In this document: positions 13,604 to 26,112 of the stretch, piece after piece
How the letters are laid out: each line of letters begins with the position of its first letter
Position numbering within the stretch: the stretch's first letter is position 1
NCBI GenBank assembly: GCA_002633005.1
Contig: NMRA01000242.1
Coordinates: forward strand, 532,868-596,867
DNA from: Phoronis australis
Lineage: Eukaryota; Animalia; Phoronida
Reading direction: 5' to 3'
Length of the DNA: 64,000 nt
Position numbers and translations under genes: made by a program
The notes under the pieces: model-generated
Database searches by the model: none
Told to the model about the DNA's origin: nothing
Seen by the model: only the letters and a program-made list of their open reading frames with translations

Positions 13604-13743
13604 CATGGGTGGCGCAGCACTGAAAAAAATAGAGGGGGGCTATAACTCCATCCCCTGTGTTGCACCGCACATAGACCATGGGCGGCCCGGCACTGAAAAA
13701 TGTGGGGCTATAGCCCCCAGCCCCCTATGGTGTGTAGCCCATG
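13604..13743. mobile_element. Short CA...TG MITE with perfect 5-bp TSD
   Basis: Ends are catggg ... cccatg; TSD tattg on both sides; internal repeats gcactgaaaaa and ggggctata. Confidence 0.75.
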
Positions 13744-13974
13744 TATTGAAATATTTTAAGTGTATAAATTTATGTACTTTATAATAGGTAATAAAACAAT
13801 TTTTAATTGGCCAAACTATGAAATAGTACCTTTAAGCTTTTGCTTAAATACGAGAAAAAAATTATGTTGTATATTGATACTTTCTTGGAACACTGGGGAA
13901 AACCAAACAAAGCTATTTTAGTTGATATAGTGAAAAACATGATTTAGCCAATGGGATAAACTTGGGTTGTACTG

Positions 13975-14053
13975 AAGCCCCCCTCGGCCCCCACACCCCT
14001 CGACTCACGACTCCCTCGACCCACAAACCCCCTTGACCCACGACCCACGACCT
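13975..14053. repeat. C-rich ccctcgacccac / ccacgac tandem array (second copy at 17471-17575)
   Basis: Repeated (cc)tcgacccac(g/a)a units. A closely similar ccctcgacccacaa(a)cccccttga segment occurs at both loci. Confidence 0.6.
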
Positions 14054-14653
14054 GTGCGCTTTTTACATATTTCATAATCTTATTACGTCGCTGGGCGACT
14101 TTCCCAAAAGACGTACATGTACCTACACGCCAGTCTGATCTGGATGAAATCTGGTGATTGAAAACAGAAAGTGGCGTGAGAACACCGATGGTCTTGAATA
14201 GCGCATTGTGAGCGCGCTATCGTTGTCACGGAAATAGTTCCACGAGTGGCTATCAATGGCACAGATATAATAAACTCATGGAGAGAGTACATTAACGTGA
14301 ATGTACATAATTTCATATTTTCGTTATTTAAATTTCCGTATACTCGTTTACAATATACTCCACGTAACGTTGAAATTCTTTTTTTTAAAGGCGAAGGCAA
14401 CGTTTTTTCATGTCATTTTGAGCTAAAATAAGGTTGGTTGGTTATCCTAGACATATTTTCCACTTAATAACAGCTTTTCGTGATTTTGTTAATTACTCGT
14501 CCGCTATTCCGGAAGTGACGTTTTAGGAGGCAAGCATTTCGCGCCAATTTCTTTTCATATAGTCTGACTGTGAGAGCTGCCGAGTCAGTCATTGTTCTAC
14601 CTCGGTTGTGTTAAGTTACGTCGTCGTTTGCTTTCATTTACTAGTCATTCAAC

Positions 14654-15440
14654 ATGCCACAGTGTTGCTGCGTACCGGGATGTACTAATTATCGTCTCAC
14701 AAGCGCTTTGGGAGTACCTTAGCATCGTTTTCCGATGGATGACACACTTCGCCGTACTTGGCTCGTTCGTGTGAAGAACGAGCGTTACCCGACCACGCAA
14801 CGTACAAAGCAGTCGTGTGTGTGGCAAGCACTTTCTGCCGTCCGATTACGAAAGGGATTTGTACGCTGAACTGATGAAGGTCCCTGCGAAACAACGCCTG
14901 AAGAAGGTTGCCGTTTCGTTTGTGTTGATTCCCGGCAGTGCCCCGTCGCCACCCCCGAGAAGTGCGTTTTTGAGGAGAGAAGCCTCGCGAGCTGTGGCCA
15001 GTACAGTGAATGGAGCCAGTGGAGGCACTTCATCCACTGTCACCCGTGCCTCCGAACGTATGGCCCCAGAGCGTGCCAATCCTGGAACCAGTAGTGATTC
15101 GCCCTGTGCTGTTTTCTCCAGCCCAGAGCCTCTAAGCAGCTCTGCAGCGATATTGAGTAGTGGGAGTGCTTACTGACCCAGTTCGACAACCAGTGAAGAG
15201 GACAGTTCGTCGTCCAGTGAACAGATCGGTGAGCCAAACTTTGATAAGTTTATTGTGGACTTGTCTAAAGTGTTGGAGCTATTTAGAAGGTGCCAGGTGT
15301 GTGGCGAGGGAGTCACACGACATGGTGTAAGCAGTTTGGGTGCTCAGGTCACCATCCAGTGGGAGTGTGTCGCGGGACACTCTGGCAAGTGGGACAGTTG
15401 TTCCTCTGTCCGTGGTATGCCGGAGGTCCACTTAACCATA
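14654..15440 (+). pseudogene. THAP-domain Kolobok transposase 5' remnant (no DDE core)
   Basis: MPQCCCVPGCTN...HRFP...W...VCGKHF is a THAP domain (with a stop and a frameshift). It is followed by a Ser-rich linker and FIVDLSKVLELFRRCQVC...WECVAGHSGKWDS. Confidence 0.85.
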
Positions 15441-15739
15441 TCCAGTAGTGGCTTGGCCTCGTCGAACTCTGAACAGCACAAGCATTCCATTGAGGTAGGC
15501 ATAACAACGCACACAGTGCATGTGCACCAAGATGTGTCACCACGTCTGTCCTCAGTAGCCGCCTCGTTTCTCTCAACAGCTGCCTGTGCCTGTGCGTACT
15601 CTGCCTCGTTATACTCGGGCTCAAACATGTACCCACCCACTGAATGTCCGTGAAAAAATTCCTCGTCACCACTGCTGTGAACAAGGTCTCCGTCACTCAC
15701 ACTACTGTCACTGTGATACGGGTCACCGACTCCAGCCAT
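15435..15739 (-). pseudogene. KolX-like protein 5' remnant (P2X7 ballast / Zn-coordinating domain homolog)
   Basis: GYMFEPEY...RRGDTSWCTCTVCVVMPTSMECLCCSE matches the YxFEP...WCxCxxCxxM...ECxCCxE signature. Confidence 0.85.
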
Positions 15740-16122
15740 TTTCAGCTTACAACACACTAAACAATCCCTAAATCCAACGTAGTTGAGTTCTCTACTAACC
15801 TATCTTGCCGCAGAATACTCGCCGATGGAAAGTGGTGGCGACAATTGTTGAAAAACAGCACAAAACAAAAGTAGAATAGAACAGATTCGCACGGTAAAGT
15901 CAACGCAAAACCAAGTGGCGGGAAACGCTTGCCTCCTAAAACGTCACTTCCGGAGTAGAGGACGAGTAATTAATGAAATTACGAAAAGCTGTAATTAAGT
16001 GGAAAATATGTCTAGGATAACCAACCAACCTTATTTTAGCTCAAAAAGACATGAAAAAAGGTTGTCTTCGCCTTTAACAGTTTATTTTTCAAACTGTATT
16101 TACTGGTAAAATTACAGTTTTG

Positions 16123-16356
16123 TCAGTTCCTCGCATTCTGCAATTCACAGGGGTTTTTAATTTGATGAGAAAGAAAATTATCAAAGAAGACACCAATTTT
16201 TAAAACGTTAGAAAAATATGAAGGTATACACTCTAAAATGAATTTAGATCCCGAGGATTTATCACCTTGGGTTAAAAATTTCCTTACCCAGGTACATGTT
16301 AAACTTTCTATGAAACAATATATATTGACCATCTCCAATCCACCTACATCATAGAT
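16123..16356 (-). mobile_element. L1/Tx1-type LINE ORF2 fragment (post-RT region)
   Basis: YDVGGLEMVNIYCFIESLTCTWVRKFL resembles the GGL...SLK..W motif of L1/Tx1 ORF2. Confidence 0.6.
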
Positions 16357-16669
16357 TGAATAATGAATTTAGGATTCACGCGATCGACCTCGCTAAAAAG
16401 CAAGACTTCGCGAGATTACGTGAGATATTGCCGTGTATTTTAAATGAGAACGCGTAACCTTGACTAGATTTTAGCTAGCTACTAGCGTAGGTCCTAGCGT
16501 CTACTGAACGCACGCCAGGATTTTGACTGACGGCTTAAGTGACCAATCAGAACGCAGCATTCTTGACAGACCTTGGTCTGCGTTTCCAAGCCGCCATTTT
16601 ATCCGACAAACAATACGTAGTCGAGTAAAACTGGCTTTAGTCTATAAATCAAGAAATTGTGCGCTAAGA

Positions 16670-16805
16670 ATGGTGAAACGGTGTTGATATGGCGTGTGTC
16701 ATTCCGACAGCCGTTATGCTGCTCCAGAATAATATACCGTCATTTTTGGCATCTCCCAAGCCGAAAAGTGATGTCGAAAGACATATAAAAACTATGGATC
16801 AAACC
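16670..16805 (+). pseudogene. THAP-like zinc-finger relic of another DNA transposon
   Basis: MVKRC*YGVCHSDSRY...FLASPKPKSDVERH..WIK resembles invertebrate TE THAP N-termini (CxxGxCNSDxRY...FPKPK...W). Confidence 0.5.
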
Positions 16806-17864
16806 ATAGACATCACATAGACCGGGCACACGCGCTACTGCAGCTGACAACTTGACGCCATATTGGAGAGTGCTACTAGTCACGTGACACGGCTAATTGC
16901 CGTGTAAACAAACGGGGCAAATCGTCCTTTTCAAAGTGCAATATCTAACACATAAAGAGGCCGAAGAGTGTGATTTTTCCAGAAACGTAAAAAACATGTG
17001 ATGCAACACATACATGCGTCTTTTAAGAGTCAATCAGTCGATAGAAAAAATATCAAACCAAAGATCGCAACCAGTGGCGGATTCTGGAGTGGCCTGAGCG
17101 GCTGCACTTACGTTTGTCAATACAGCGCCACTGTTTTATTTTTTTCGTTTATCTCAACCATATTTTTCCTACTAGGTGTAAACATTATCCCCAAAAGAAA
17201 TACATCTTACTTTCCTTATTTTATGTTTTGACAAATAACATGCACTTCGAAGATCACTTAGAATCTAACCAAACGCAGACAGTTTTTTTCAAAGGATTCA
17301 AGTCTGAAAATTTGGCAAACTGGTCCACTAATGAAAGTGACTTGAGTGAATTTTCAGAGCCATCAAGGAGCAAAGCCTATTGTAACAATATATATTACTT
17401 ATTTTTAACAACTATTCTTTGAAACATAATTTTTATGAACACTATACCTTAAGTCTCTGCACATAAGTTTCCCTCGACCCACAACCCCCTTGAACCACGA
17501 CTTCCTTGGCGCACGACCTCATCTACCCACGACCCACCACCCCCTGGACCCACGGCCCACGACCCCCTCGACCTCGTCTACACCAGCTCAGCTCGATCTG
17601 AACATAGAGCAAGCGGTGACTGGCCAGACCAACGAGTTTGGCCGTCAGCTTAGATGACTTTCTCCTGTTTTTAGCAATTTTAAAAGCCAAAATCAGAAAA
17701 AATAAGGCAAACAAATCAAATAAAAAACCTACCAACGTTACAAATGTCGTTCCTCAGTTCCAGGGTGTAATCGCCTCGCCTGTTCTTCAGAGAATGGTAG
17801 ATTCAAGCCTTTTTCAAAAAGTGCAAAAGTGCAAAGAACCGACAAATATGAAATTTCATCGGTA

Positions 17865-18460
17865 AATACAGTTTGAATGATTGGGTAGATTCCAGAAAGT
17901 TATGGCATGTGCTTGAGTTGATGAAAAGTTCTAGAACATTGCATTATAGTCTATAAATACTCAGGCACAGGTTTGTATTAGTCAGTTCAAGAAAGTTAAT
18001 CTGGAGCATTACAGTTGAGTTGCAGTGAAGAGAATCAGCAGTTACAGCGATAGTCAATAGAGAGCCAGCTATAGAGACAGCAGATTATTGAATCAATGAG
18101 TGTAACAGTTGCTGAAAGTGTCTCAGAAGTTCATCACAAGTCAAGGCTTCGCAGCACTGGCTGGAGCACAGACCAGACATTGCGTCGGACGTTTTGTTTG
18201 AATAGGCTTGTGAACATACGGTCGAGATTAATAAACGATTAACTCGAACCAGTCCCTTCAGTCAATCGTCGCACCGAAAGCTATTAGCACCGGTCTGTAA
18301 CAACCTGCGCCCACCCACACACGAGGAAAAACGTGACACTTCCTGACATTGTACGCAGGCATTCCGTAGTTTATAACTACACCGGTTCGATTTTTATATA
18401 GCCACCACTTCGAGTGGATATCGTCTGCTTTCAATAAACCAACCTGTTCAAAAGCTGCAG
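17865..18460 (+). mobile_element. Solo or partial LTR related to 21510-22110
   Basis: Shares cagacatt(g/a).gtcggacgtt...cttcagtc.atcgtcgcaccgaa.gctattagcaccg with 21928-22056. TATA box ctataaata at 17951 and aataaa at about 18433. Confidence 0.6.
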
Positions 18461-19129
18461 TGCTCTTAATTTACATAGCATGCCATACCAGGATATGAGA
18501 ACTTCAACAAAGTTGATTCATATCACTGAAAACGAACTTCACAAAAAGGTGATTAGCATTTAGAACTGATCTTTGCAAAGTGAGGACAACTGAATATCCT
18601 ATTTATCCACTAAAAGACATTGTCAATATGTGTTATTGCTGCATTTTGTGCTCTTGTTGTTTTTGCCTCAAATCTGACTACATGAACTTTCAAATAAACT
18701 AAAAACAATTATAATGAATATTCATTTTGGAGGTATACAGTCATGGCTGGATTTATGTTCTTCGAGGCCCTGCAGCTCTAATTAATCCAGGGCCTTAGTA
18801 ATGCGCTAACCCGTGCCGTAGCTATAATTTTCGCATTGCCCTTCACCTGCCCAGGTCGCCACCACTTTCGAGAGGCACCAGCATCGACGAAGCAGGGAAC
18901 CATATTTCGTGCGATACTCCAAGTTTCGCTTATTTAGGTCACAGGATTCCCGCTGTTGCAAAAAGAATTTGAATCGCACCTGTCAGGAAAATATGAGGAC
19001 CTGATTTTGCGCTGAGTCCCAATCCGTAGCATGTTTAGCTAATCCGGCACTGTGTGCAGTACTGAACCCGAATAAATAACAATACACGAACAGCCCAGTC
19101 AGTATACCCACATTCTCAAATAGCCCACA

Positions 19130-19990
19130 CTCAGCCTATGCAAATTTGCCATTTGAAGGAGAAGAATGTCTAGGGAGGTACAACGTTGGGTCAATGACAA
19201 AGGCAGATCGCATTCACAATAATGCCGACAAAATATTCTCTACAGCTTGAGCCAGAGACTAATCACCTGGTCTGCATGCTTCAACTCACCAAATACCAAC
19301 AAAAGCCACACGAGACGACTGACACCCTCATAAACAGGTGTCGACTGTTAGGCAAGAAATGTGACTTCAAAGATACCGAATTAAGGGAACGCTTCGCCAA
19401 ATTGCTGATAGCTAGCACGCTCATCTCCGCATTACAAAAAAAATTCTTAACAAGCCAAAGGGGTTCACAATCTCAGAGGCTGTAAAAATAGCAAGTACTC
19501 ATGAAGTATCGGCAGTGTACATCAATGAAATTCACCATCTCCACAAGAAGCCACCGTAAACCATGGCCGGTCCAACCGACGTTAGGAAAGTCACAAACCC
19601 TCCAGACAAACCATCTGCAGAAAATGCGACTATGACCACCGCCATGGCAAAGACCACTGTCATGCAAAGAATTATGTCTTGTTACAAAGTTGGCCACTGG
19701 GCTACAGTTTGCCTCTCGGCAAAAAGCAAGACCAATTGACGCGAAGGGAAATGGTGGCCTTACTTACGTTGCCTGTCGAGACCCAGACGACATAGTCCCG
19801 GCCAAGGAGTCGACAGTGTCGCTCATCATGAAAATCACACCACAACTTACGTGAACGCGGCGATGGAAAGCATCACTTTCAGAATCATCCAAGATTTGGT
19901 CAGAGAACCGTTAGGTCACACGAGTTCTCGAGACGAAGCATCTGTCGACCTAAATGTTAAATTGAAAGACCACCCAGGAACTCACCACTA
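19130..19990 (+). mobile_element. Ty3/Gypsy (Mag-like) gag relic
   Basis: QQKPHETTDTLINRCRLLGKKCDF...LRER..LI, followed by a CYKVGHWATVC knuckle remnant at about 19680-19713; multiple frameshifts. Confidence 0.75.
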
Positions 19991-20801
19991 TAACTTGAAT
20001 GTTCAAAGGCACTACGTCGCCATTTTGGCGGTGTCGTTGTGGGCGTTGGGTGGCCTTTTCGGCTTGCCAGTGATGTAATCGTTTGCCATTGTCGTTTTAG
20101 AGGTTTTCATCGACAGTGTTCGGCAATGACATTCTTATCGGCTCGACGATGTTGTCCTAGCGAAGTTGTCATCGGCAGTGGTATTGTAGTCGTTGTTATA
20201 TTTGGTGTAGACGGTGTCGTTGTCAATGCCAAAGTGTTGTCGCTGTTGCTAAAGTTTCGGCGTCTGTGCGATTGAGTTGTTGACGGCATTGTCGATGCTG
20301 TTGTTAGTAACTACGTTTTCTGCTATGACAATGTCGTTGTTATTACCATGGTTGTCGTCGTCTGGGTTGTTCTTGATGTAGTCGACACCATTTCCATTTT
20401 TTGTTTGTTTCGTCAAGTGGTGCTTCTCTTGGGCTTTCACCTCTGATTTCATTCTTCACTTGAAGCAACTCCCACCCTGTCTCATGTCTGCCAAATTTGG
20501 CGGCCACGTTCATAGTACTTCGACCAAAGACTACAAAATTCAGACGAAGCGTTCGAAGACTTCATTGAGACAAATCTTGAGACTTGTCAAGTAAATTTCA
20601 TAAGTGAGGATTGTTACTAAGGAGCTTTTGATGCTGGGTCTAGGTTATTGATATCGTATTAGGTTTCGTGTTGTGTCGCAGATATTTTATTCCTGAGGCA
20701 TTGTCCGTTCTGTGTCCTCAATACGTCACTTTATTGCATTTTAGGTACGAGTGTACGAACTTCTAAGTGAAACCAATCATGTTTCTTAAATCATTTTGTA
20801 G

Positions 20802-20982
20802 TCTGACGATAGCGTATTGCGATATTCTTGGCATCGAGATGGAAAGGAAACGAAACATGGTTGGAAATCCGTAAGAAACTTCCAAAGTTCATTGAGTATA
20901 TATGACGTTTCATGGGAGGATCATGGCTCATACTTCTTCCACATAGGGAGAGATGTTATCGAACTCACTGTCAAAATCGTGC
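20802..20982 (+). CDS. Probable upstream exon of the multi-Ig gene (C-terminal half of an Ig domain)
   Basis: Acceptor ttttgtag and donor gtaagt. Translates to SDDSVLRYSWHRDGKETK...SSLSIYDVSWEDHGSYFF...VIELTVKIV, with a YxW C-strand and a DxGxY motif. It ends in phase 1, compatible with exon 42707. Confidence 0.7.
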
Positions 20983-21509
20983 GTAAGTACATTCGTTTAA
21001 CCAGAAGGGCAAGAAAAATTGCACGCGAGTTACCCATACCCTATAGTATAACAGCTTGTGACATCGAGTCAGGCCGCGTAAGTGTGTATTGTTTACATAT
21101 GGTTATCCACTTGACAACATTTTAACCCACTGACGTGCTCATCAAACCAGGCTTACATAGCTATTTCTTTTTCATGTTATCATTTTTCATGACGTCATCT
21201 AGAGACATTCTTGAGGTACGGTCTCAATATTACTCAGCAATTTCTTGGCAAAATTAGCAACAATGCGCGTAAGTTACATTAGTTATTCATTCAAATTCGT
21301 TGATTTTGTAAGTAATTTTACGCTTCGCGGTTTCGATATGGTGCTGACGGCGCGCTTAAACAATTTCTATTGTCCATTTCGTAATTGGTTGCTTGATATC
21401 AATCTCCCCCAGCGCGTGCTTTATGTGTTGTTTATGTCAGAAGTACACTGAGATTGCTCTAAGTTTAACAAGATAGTCTTATTTTGCCATTTGATTGACA
21501 TGGACAACG

Positions 21510-22110
21510 AAGTCAGGACAGGGATGATGCAATCTGTTTACAATAGAAGATTAGGGAACATTCTAGAAGATTGTAGTATGTCAGTGATTTATGTGGTCTG
21601 GAGCATTCTAGAGCACAGTGTGTGTTTGTAGAATGATTGAGTGGATTTCAGAAAGATTTAGAATGTGTTTGAATTGGTGAAAAATTACGGAACATTGTAA
21701 GAGATTATATGTACCCAGATCAGTTCTGTTGGATCTGAAAGGTGGTTAAAGTCAGTTGAAGTGATAGTTCAGTTGCATTGAAGCCAATCATCAGTCACAC
21801 CGTTTGTCATTAGAGAGCCAGGTACAGAGAAAGCAGGTTATTGAATACACGAGTGTAACTAATGATGTAAATGTCTTGGAAGGTTATCACAAGCCAAGGG
21901 TTCGCAGCTCTGGCTGGGGCTTAGAACAGACATTATGTCGGACGTTCTGTTTGGGTAAAGTTGCGAACGTAATGTCGGGCTTAGGAAAATGACCAGTCTT
22001 CAGTCTATCGTCGCACCGAAGGCTATTAGCACCGATCGGTAACAACCTGTGCCTACCCATTCCCGGGGAAAATGTGCGTGCACGCCAGGTGCTTAGTGGC
22101 GGTAACAAGG
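21510..22110 (+). mobile_element. 5' LTR of a Gypsy element
   Basis: Similar to 17865-18460 and lies directly upstream of a gag relic. The boundaries are approximate. Confidence 0.55.
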
Positions 22111-22139
22111 TGTGATAAAGTGGAGTGCTAGCATTAACT

Positions 22140-22800
22140 ATGGAGACAAGATCACAGCTAATTGCCTTCGGACAAGAAAAGGACCTGCAGGTGGACAATC
22201 TTAGACTGTTTGTGGAAAAACTACATGTACAACCTGAAGCAGCTCGTGGCGTTGAAGACCGCAAAGCCGAAGGGAGAAGGTAAACACGCGAGACCTAGGA
22301 GAGAAAGCAATCCTGCAAGGCTGAGACTGAGGAGAGAAGGCAAGCCCACTAGCCCGAAGAGAGGAAGTAAGCCCACGAGACAGAAGTCCGGATGACAGAG
22401 GCAGAGGCAAGAAAAGCGGAATTGCAGATGGAGCGCGAAAGAATAGAACTACCACGCGACCATTCGGTAGAGTCAAATCAAACTCCCTAAATTTGTGGAA
22501 AAACAGGATGACAAGGATAACTTACTGGAACGATTCGAAAGATACTCCGAGAGTCAGGGTTGAACTCCGAGTGAATGGGCAATTAATCTTAGTCTCCAGT
22601 TATTAACAGGCAAGGGCCTACAACTCTACGCCAGCTTGCCCATGGCCGATGTACTGAACTACGCTACACTCGGAAGAGCTTTGATCAAGCGGTGTGAACT
22701 GGCTGAAGAGGGTTTTTGCAAGCAGTTGCGGCAATCAAGGGCTGAGAGAGGCGAGATGGCTCACCACTTTATGTCGTTCATACAACGCTATTTGACATGT
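22140..22800 (+). mobile_element. Gypsy gag relic (Gmr1 / SCAN-related type)
   Basis: A charged coiled-coil region, then PKFVEKQDDKDNLLERFERY...WAINL...LLTGKGLQLYASLP...YATLGRALIKRCELAEEGFCKQLR, which is typical of this gag class. Confidence 0.8.
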
Positions 22801-22924
22801 CCGGCTGCAGCAAAGATTTTGCTAAGTTGAAACACTTGTTGGCGCGTGAGCAGTCTGGCTTGTCCCTACGACACCCGAGTCTGTTTCAGAGATGGTAGCC
22901 TTAAAAGTGATAAAGAATTGAGAA

Positions 22925-23010
22925 ACTGTGTGATTTGTCAAACGTTTGGAATTTCTGTAACTGAGGATGAGTTACATTTTACTACAAATTGTATGATGAT
23001 TTACGAGATA
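22925..23010 (+). mobile_element. LINE ORF2 C-terminal zinc-finger fragment
   Basis: CVICQ...VTEDELHFTTNC matches the CxxC..EDExHF..C motif of CR1/L2/RTE-type ORF2 ends. Confidence 0.5.
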
Positions 23011-24228
23011 AGTTTATTTCTGGATTTAAAAATTGCTCATACTCTACATTCATTAGGTTAATGGAAGGCGTCTCACAAATGGTCAATCGGTCTAGATACT
23101 TGCAGTATGCCTGCCAAACCAAATATTTATATTATCAGCATAAATGATGAAGTGTACATGTATATTTCAGTTATACAAGCGTCTCTGTACTTTTATGTAT
23201 TTTGATATTATTGTTCTGTGGGCCGGAGGCCTTCAAGTTTTATGACAAAGCAACATACCGGAATTCAACAAACGAAAGCGCTGTGAGGACCGTCAAGTTT
23301 GAACTTATAAGTGAACAAGACGACATCTCCCGTGAAGTCAACAACTCCAAAGACACCGCTAGTAACTGACAATGGAGCTGAAGCAGGCGCAACAATATCA
23401 GAGAGCTTTAGATTTTATGAAACTATAACAATACTTTTATTTTAATTGTAACACCTCTTGATCATTTTCATGACATTCAATTAAGGCGGTGAACGTTTTG
23501 TAAGCATAAGATGGGAAACAAACGTATATTGAAAACTCATTCTTTCGTTTGTTGATTAGCTGAGATTTGCCACTTGTAATTAATCAGAGATTCGACTTTT
23601 GACAATGATTACGAAATTCTTCAGCCAGGAACTCTGTTTCTGACTTTTAAAACAGCTGCACCATATTGAAATCCACTATCCCGCCAGACAGTGATCATGT
23701 CTTTGGTAGACAGGCGTTCAGTGACACCTACAGATTACATGTGATACGGACGCGAGATTTCAACATTCTGATATAAACATTACCTTTTAACACATTTCCT
23801 ACTGTGTAGCATTCATTGAATTTCTGTCCATCAAATCTGAGGAGAATGTAAATATACGTTTGAGTGTAAACGCCGTGCTTTAGTTACCCCGATGCAGATC
23901 ATCGAGATCTTCCCGATGTAGACAGATATACCTGTCACTAGGCTAAGGCTAGGCCTTCAGCTTATACTGGTGCTTCTTGAACTCCTATTTTACAAAAACG
24001 ATTTTTGAGAGTTCTTTCCTGTATTGTTTCGTTTCGTTTTTGGTTTTATTGCCTATTACGAACAAAACTGCGTTCTCTCAGTAGTATCCGTCCGTTTACG
24101 TCATTTTAACTAGCACTGTCATTGTCGCTTTCATTGGCATACATGTAGGTGTTTTCGACCTTGCTAGCCGTAGAGTCGTTTGCTACGGCGTTGCCTTCAC
24201 CTGTTGTGTCATTAGCTTCAGTTATCGT

Positions 24229-24376
24229 GAGCTTGAGTGTCCTGGTTGGTTAAATGTTATGAGAATGAACTCGAGTGTCTTGGTAGTAAAGCCGTTATGA
24301 GAATGAGCTCGAGTGGTCTGGTAGGTTAATTTTGAAGAGAACAAGTTGCCCTGGAAACCTAAATATGAGAATGGTC
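24229..24376. repeat. Degenerate ~33-bp minisatellite, continued at 26113-26205 across a Kolobok insertion
   Basis: Units like gagcttgagtgtcctggttggttaaatgttatgagaat occur on both sides of the element. Confidence 0.65.
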
Positions 24377-24380
24377 TTAG

Positions 24381-26112
24381 AGCAGAATGCCACCGAAAAA
24401 AGAAACACGTATTTTGTATCAATTTAGATTGATCAGATCCACTCGATAGCAGCAGGTTCTGTTCTTTTATCTGACACCAGACGGCGAACCGAGGCCGGGT
24501 GCTGAAATTAACCAATGAAGTGATAAGTTCTAACACAGTATGTTCACCAGTTCACAAGACGCTTACTGGTGTCGGCTTATCGCTTGATTTCATCGCTTTA
24601 CACCAGTAAATCGTCAAAATTCGATGAAAAACCCTTAAAAATTATTTTAAACAAACGAGTTGTTTTATTTCGGTGTTACGGATTAAAAGAAATTTTTAAC
24701 GAACCGTAGCCTACAAAATTCGTTACACCAACTTACCGAGGTCGGTTGCGGTAACTTTGTTTGGCTGTGTTAGGTGATAAACTAGAATTAATCTTTCGTG
24801 AAATACCGACAGAAGAGCATAGCCGTGTGTTGTGATTTTACACTTGCGAATTTTTCAGTTCTAAGCTTACAAAACATAAGGTATAACCCAATGGCTCGGA
24901 ACCCCATAAGGCCCGTTGTGGACTGGAGACATTACAAACATGAACCAGCCGAATTAGTCGGCTGCCTAAGTTGAAAACTGGACTTCCAGTCATGAAAAGA
25001 CTGGACTACTCAGTGGCGCATTTAGGGCGGGGGGGCAAGGGGGCAGTTCGGGGTGCGGATTGCTGACTAGCATATGCACGTACCCAGGGGGGGGGGGACT
25101 CGGGGGGCTAATGCACAATGCAGACGCCTTGAACAAAGCCTGTTTGTTTTTTTAGCAATAAGGTCCAAAACCCAAAAATTCGAGACCCCTACATCCCTAC
25201 ATTTTAGGCTGGGCGCGCACATGAGGCGAAATTCTGGTTATTCCTGTGCCCTGGCCCCTTAACTCAAAATACTGGATCAGCCCCTGCTACTGAACCAATA
25301 AAATAATGTGCACATGAGTACATAGGTGAATTGGCTGAAAGATTGCAAATCGGCTTGTCGGGGGCCAAGAAGTTAGGTTCTCCTTCCACTGAACCGCATC
25401 AGTGCAAAGGCTATACAAGAAAAATGATTCGAATAATGAATATATATCTAAATAAATATTCCCCTATGATCTAACCATAGCATATGAAATCAAGCTATTG
25501 TTCAACAACAGCGTTCTGTCGGCAAACACTGACTTAGCATGCGCTCACACGCCCTAGGGTGCCCGGTCAATTACAGTTTTATTGCATCTGAAGCCGGTTA
25601 CGCAGAATGATTTATACGCTGTTGGCTTCTCAAAACATTTGCTCTCACAAAAACTCCGCATGCATTACAAATTGAGACAGATTTCGGCACTTTCTTTCAG
25701 TTTTATTTTAACATTGGTTAGGGTGAAAATAATTCTTTTTGAAACAGAACAATGCCGGCCACAGACACAGACTATATTTCGCGGCCTCATACTTGGTATT
25801 AACGACGTATTTTTAATGCTTTGCTGCCGCGAGCCACTTCCTAAGCATTTCGGGTTATCGAGGAAATCGAAAAAATGATATACTCGCTTTCCTCGCAGCT
25901 TCGTGATTCGCACAAGCAGGAACGATGCGCCACACCATACCGACATACACTACTCAGCTGAAGAACCACTGACTTCGTGGCGTCGTTTACTCACCGTCGT
26001 CACAGGTTAACGTGACACCTCTCAGGGAGGTGATATTGATCGCATACGAGGTGATGTAGATGTAGACCAACGACGGTAAAAAAGAACGAAATAAATCGGG
26101 TGGCATTCTCCT
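24381..26112 (-). mobile_element. Non-autonomous Kolobok-like element (family 2, copy B)
   Basis: TIRs agcagaatgccacc / ggtggcattctcct with flanks ttag / ttga. The interior is a diverged reverse complement of 39430-41104. It contains a nested MITE. Confidence 0.75.
25011..25286. mobile_element. CAG-terminal MITE with 5-bp TSD nested in the Kolobok element
   Basis: Ends are cagtggcgcattta ... tggatcagcccctg; TSD ctact on both sides. Confidence 0.8.

Larger units (their letters stand above)
14389..16073 (+). mobile_element. Kolobok DNA transposon, internally deleted (family 1, copy 1)
   Basis: TTAA at 14385-14388 and 16074-16077. TIRs of about 150 bp begin AGGCGAAG. A THAP-transposase remnant on + and a KolX-like remnant on - converge inside. 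Confidence 0.9.

Noticed and set aside
20040-20450. Thr/Asn-rich mucin-like ORFs
   Set aside because: Low-complexity (GTT/GTC)n-derived sequence with no convincing splice structure.
24229-24376. CRISPR-like array
   Set aside because: Degenerate tandem units without unique spacers, no cas genes, and a eukaryotic context.
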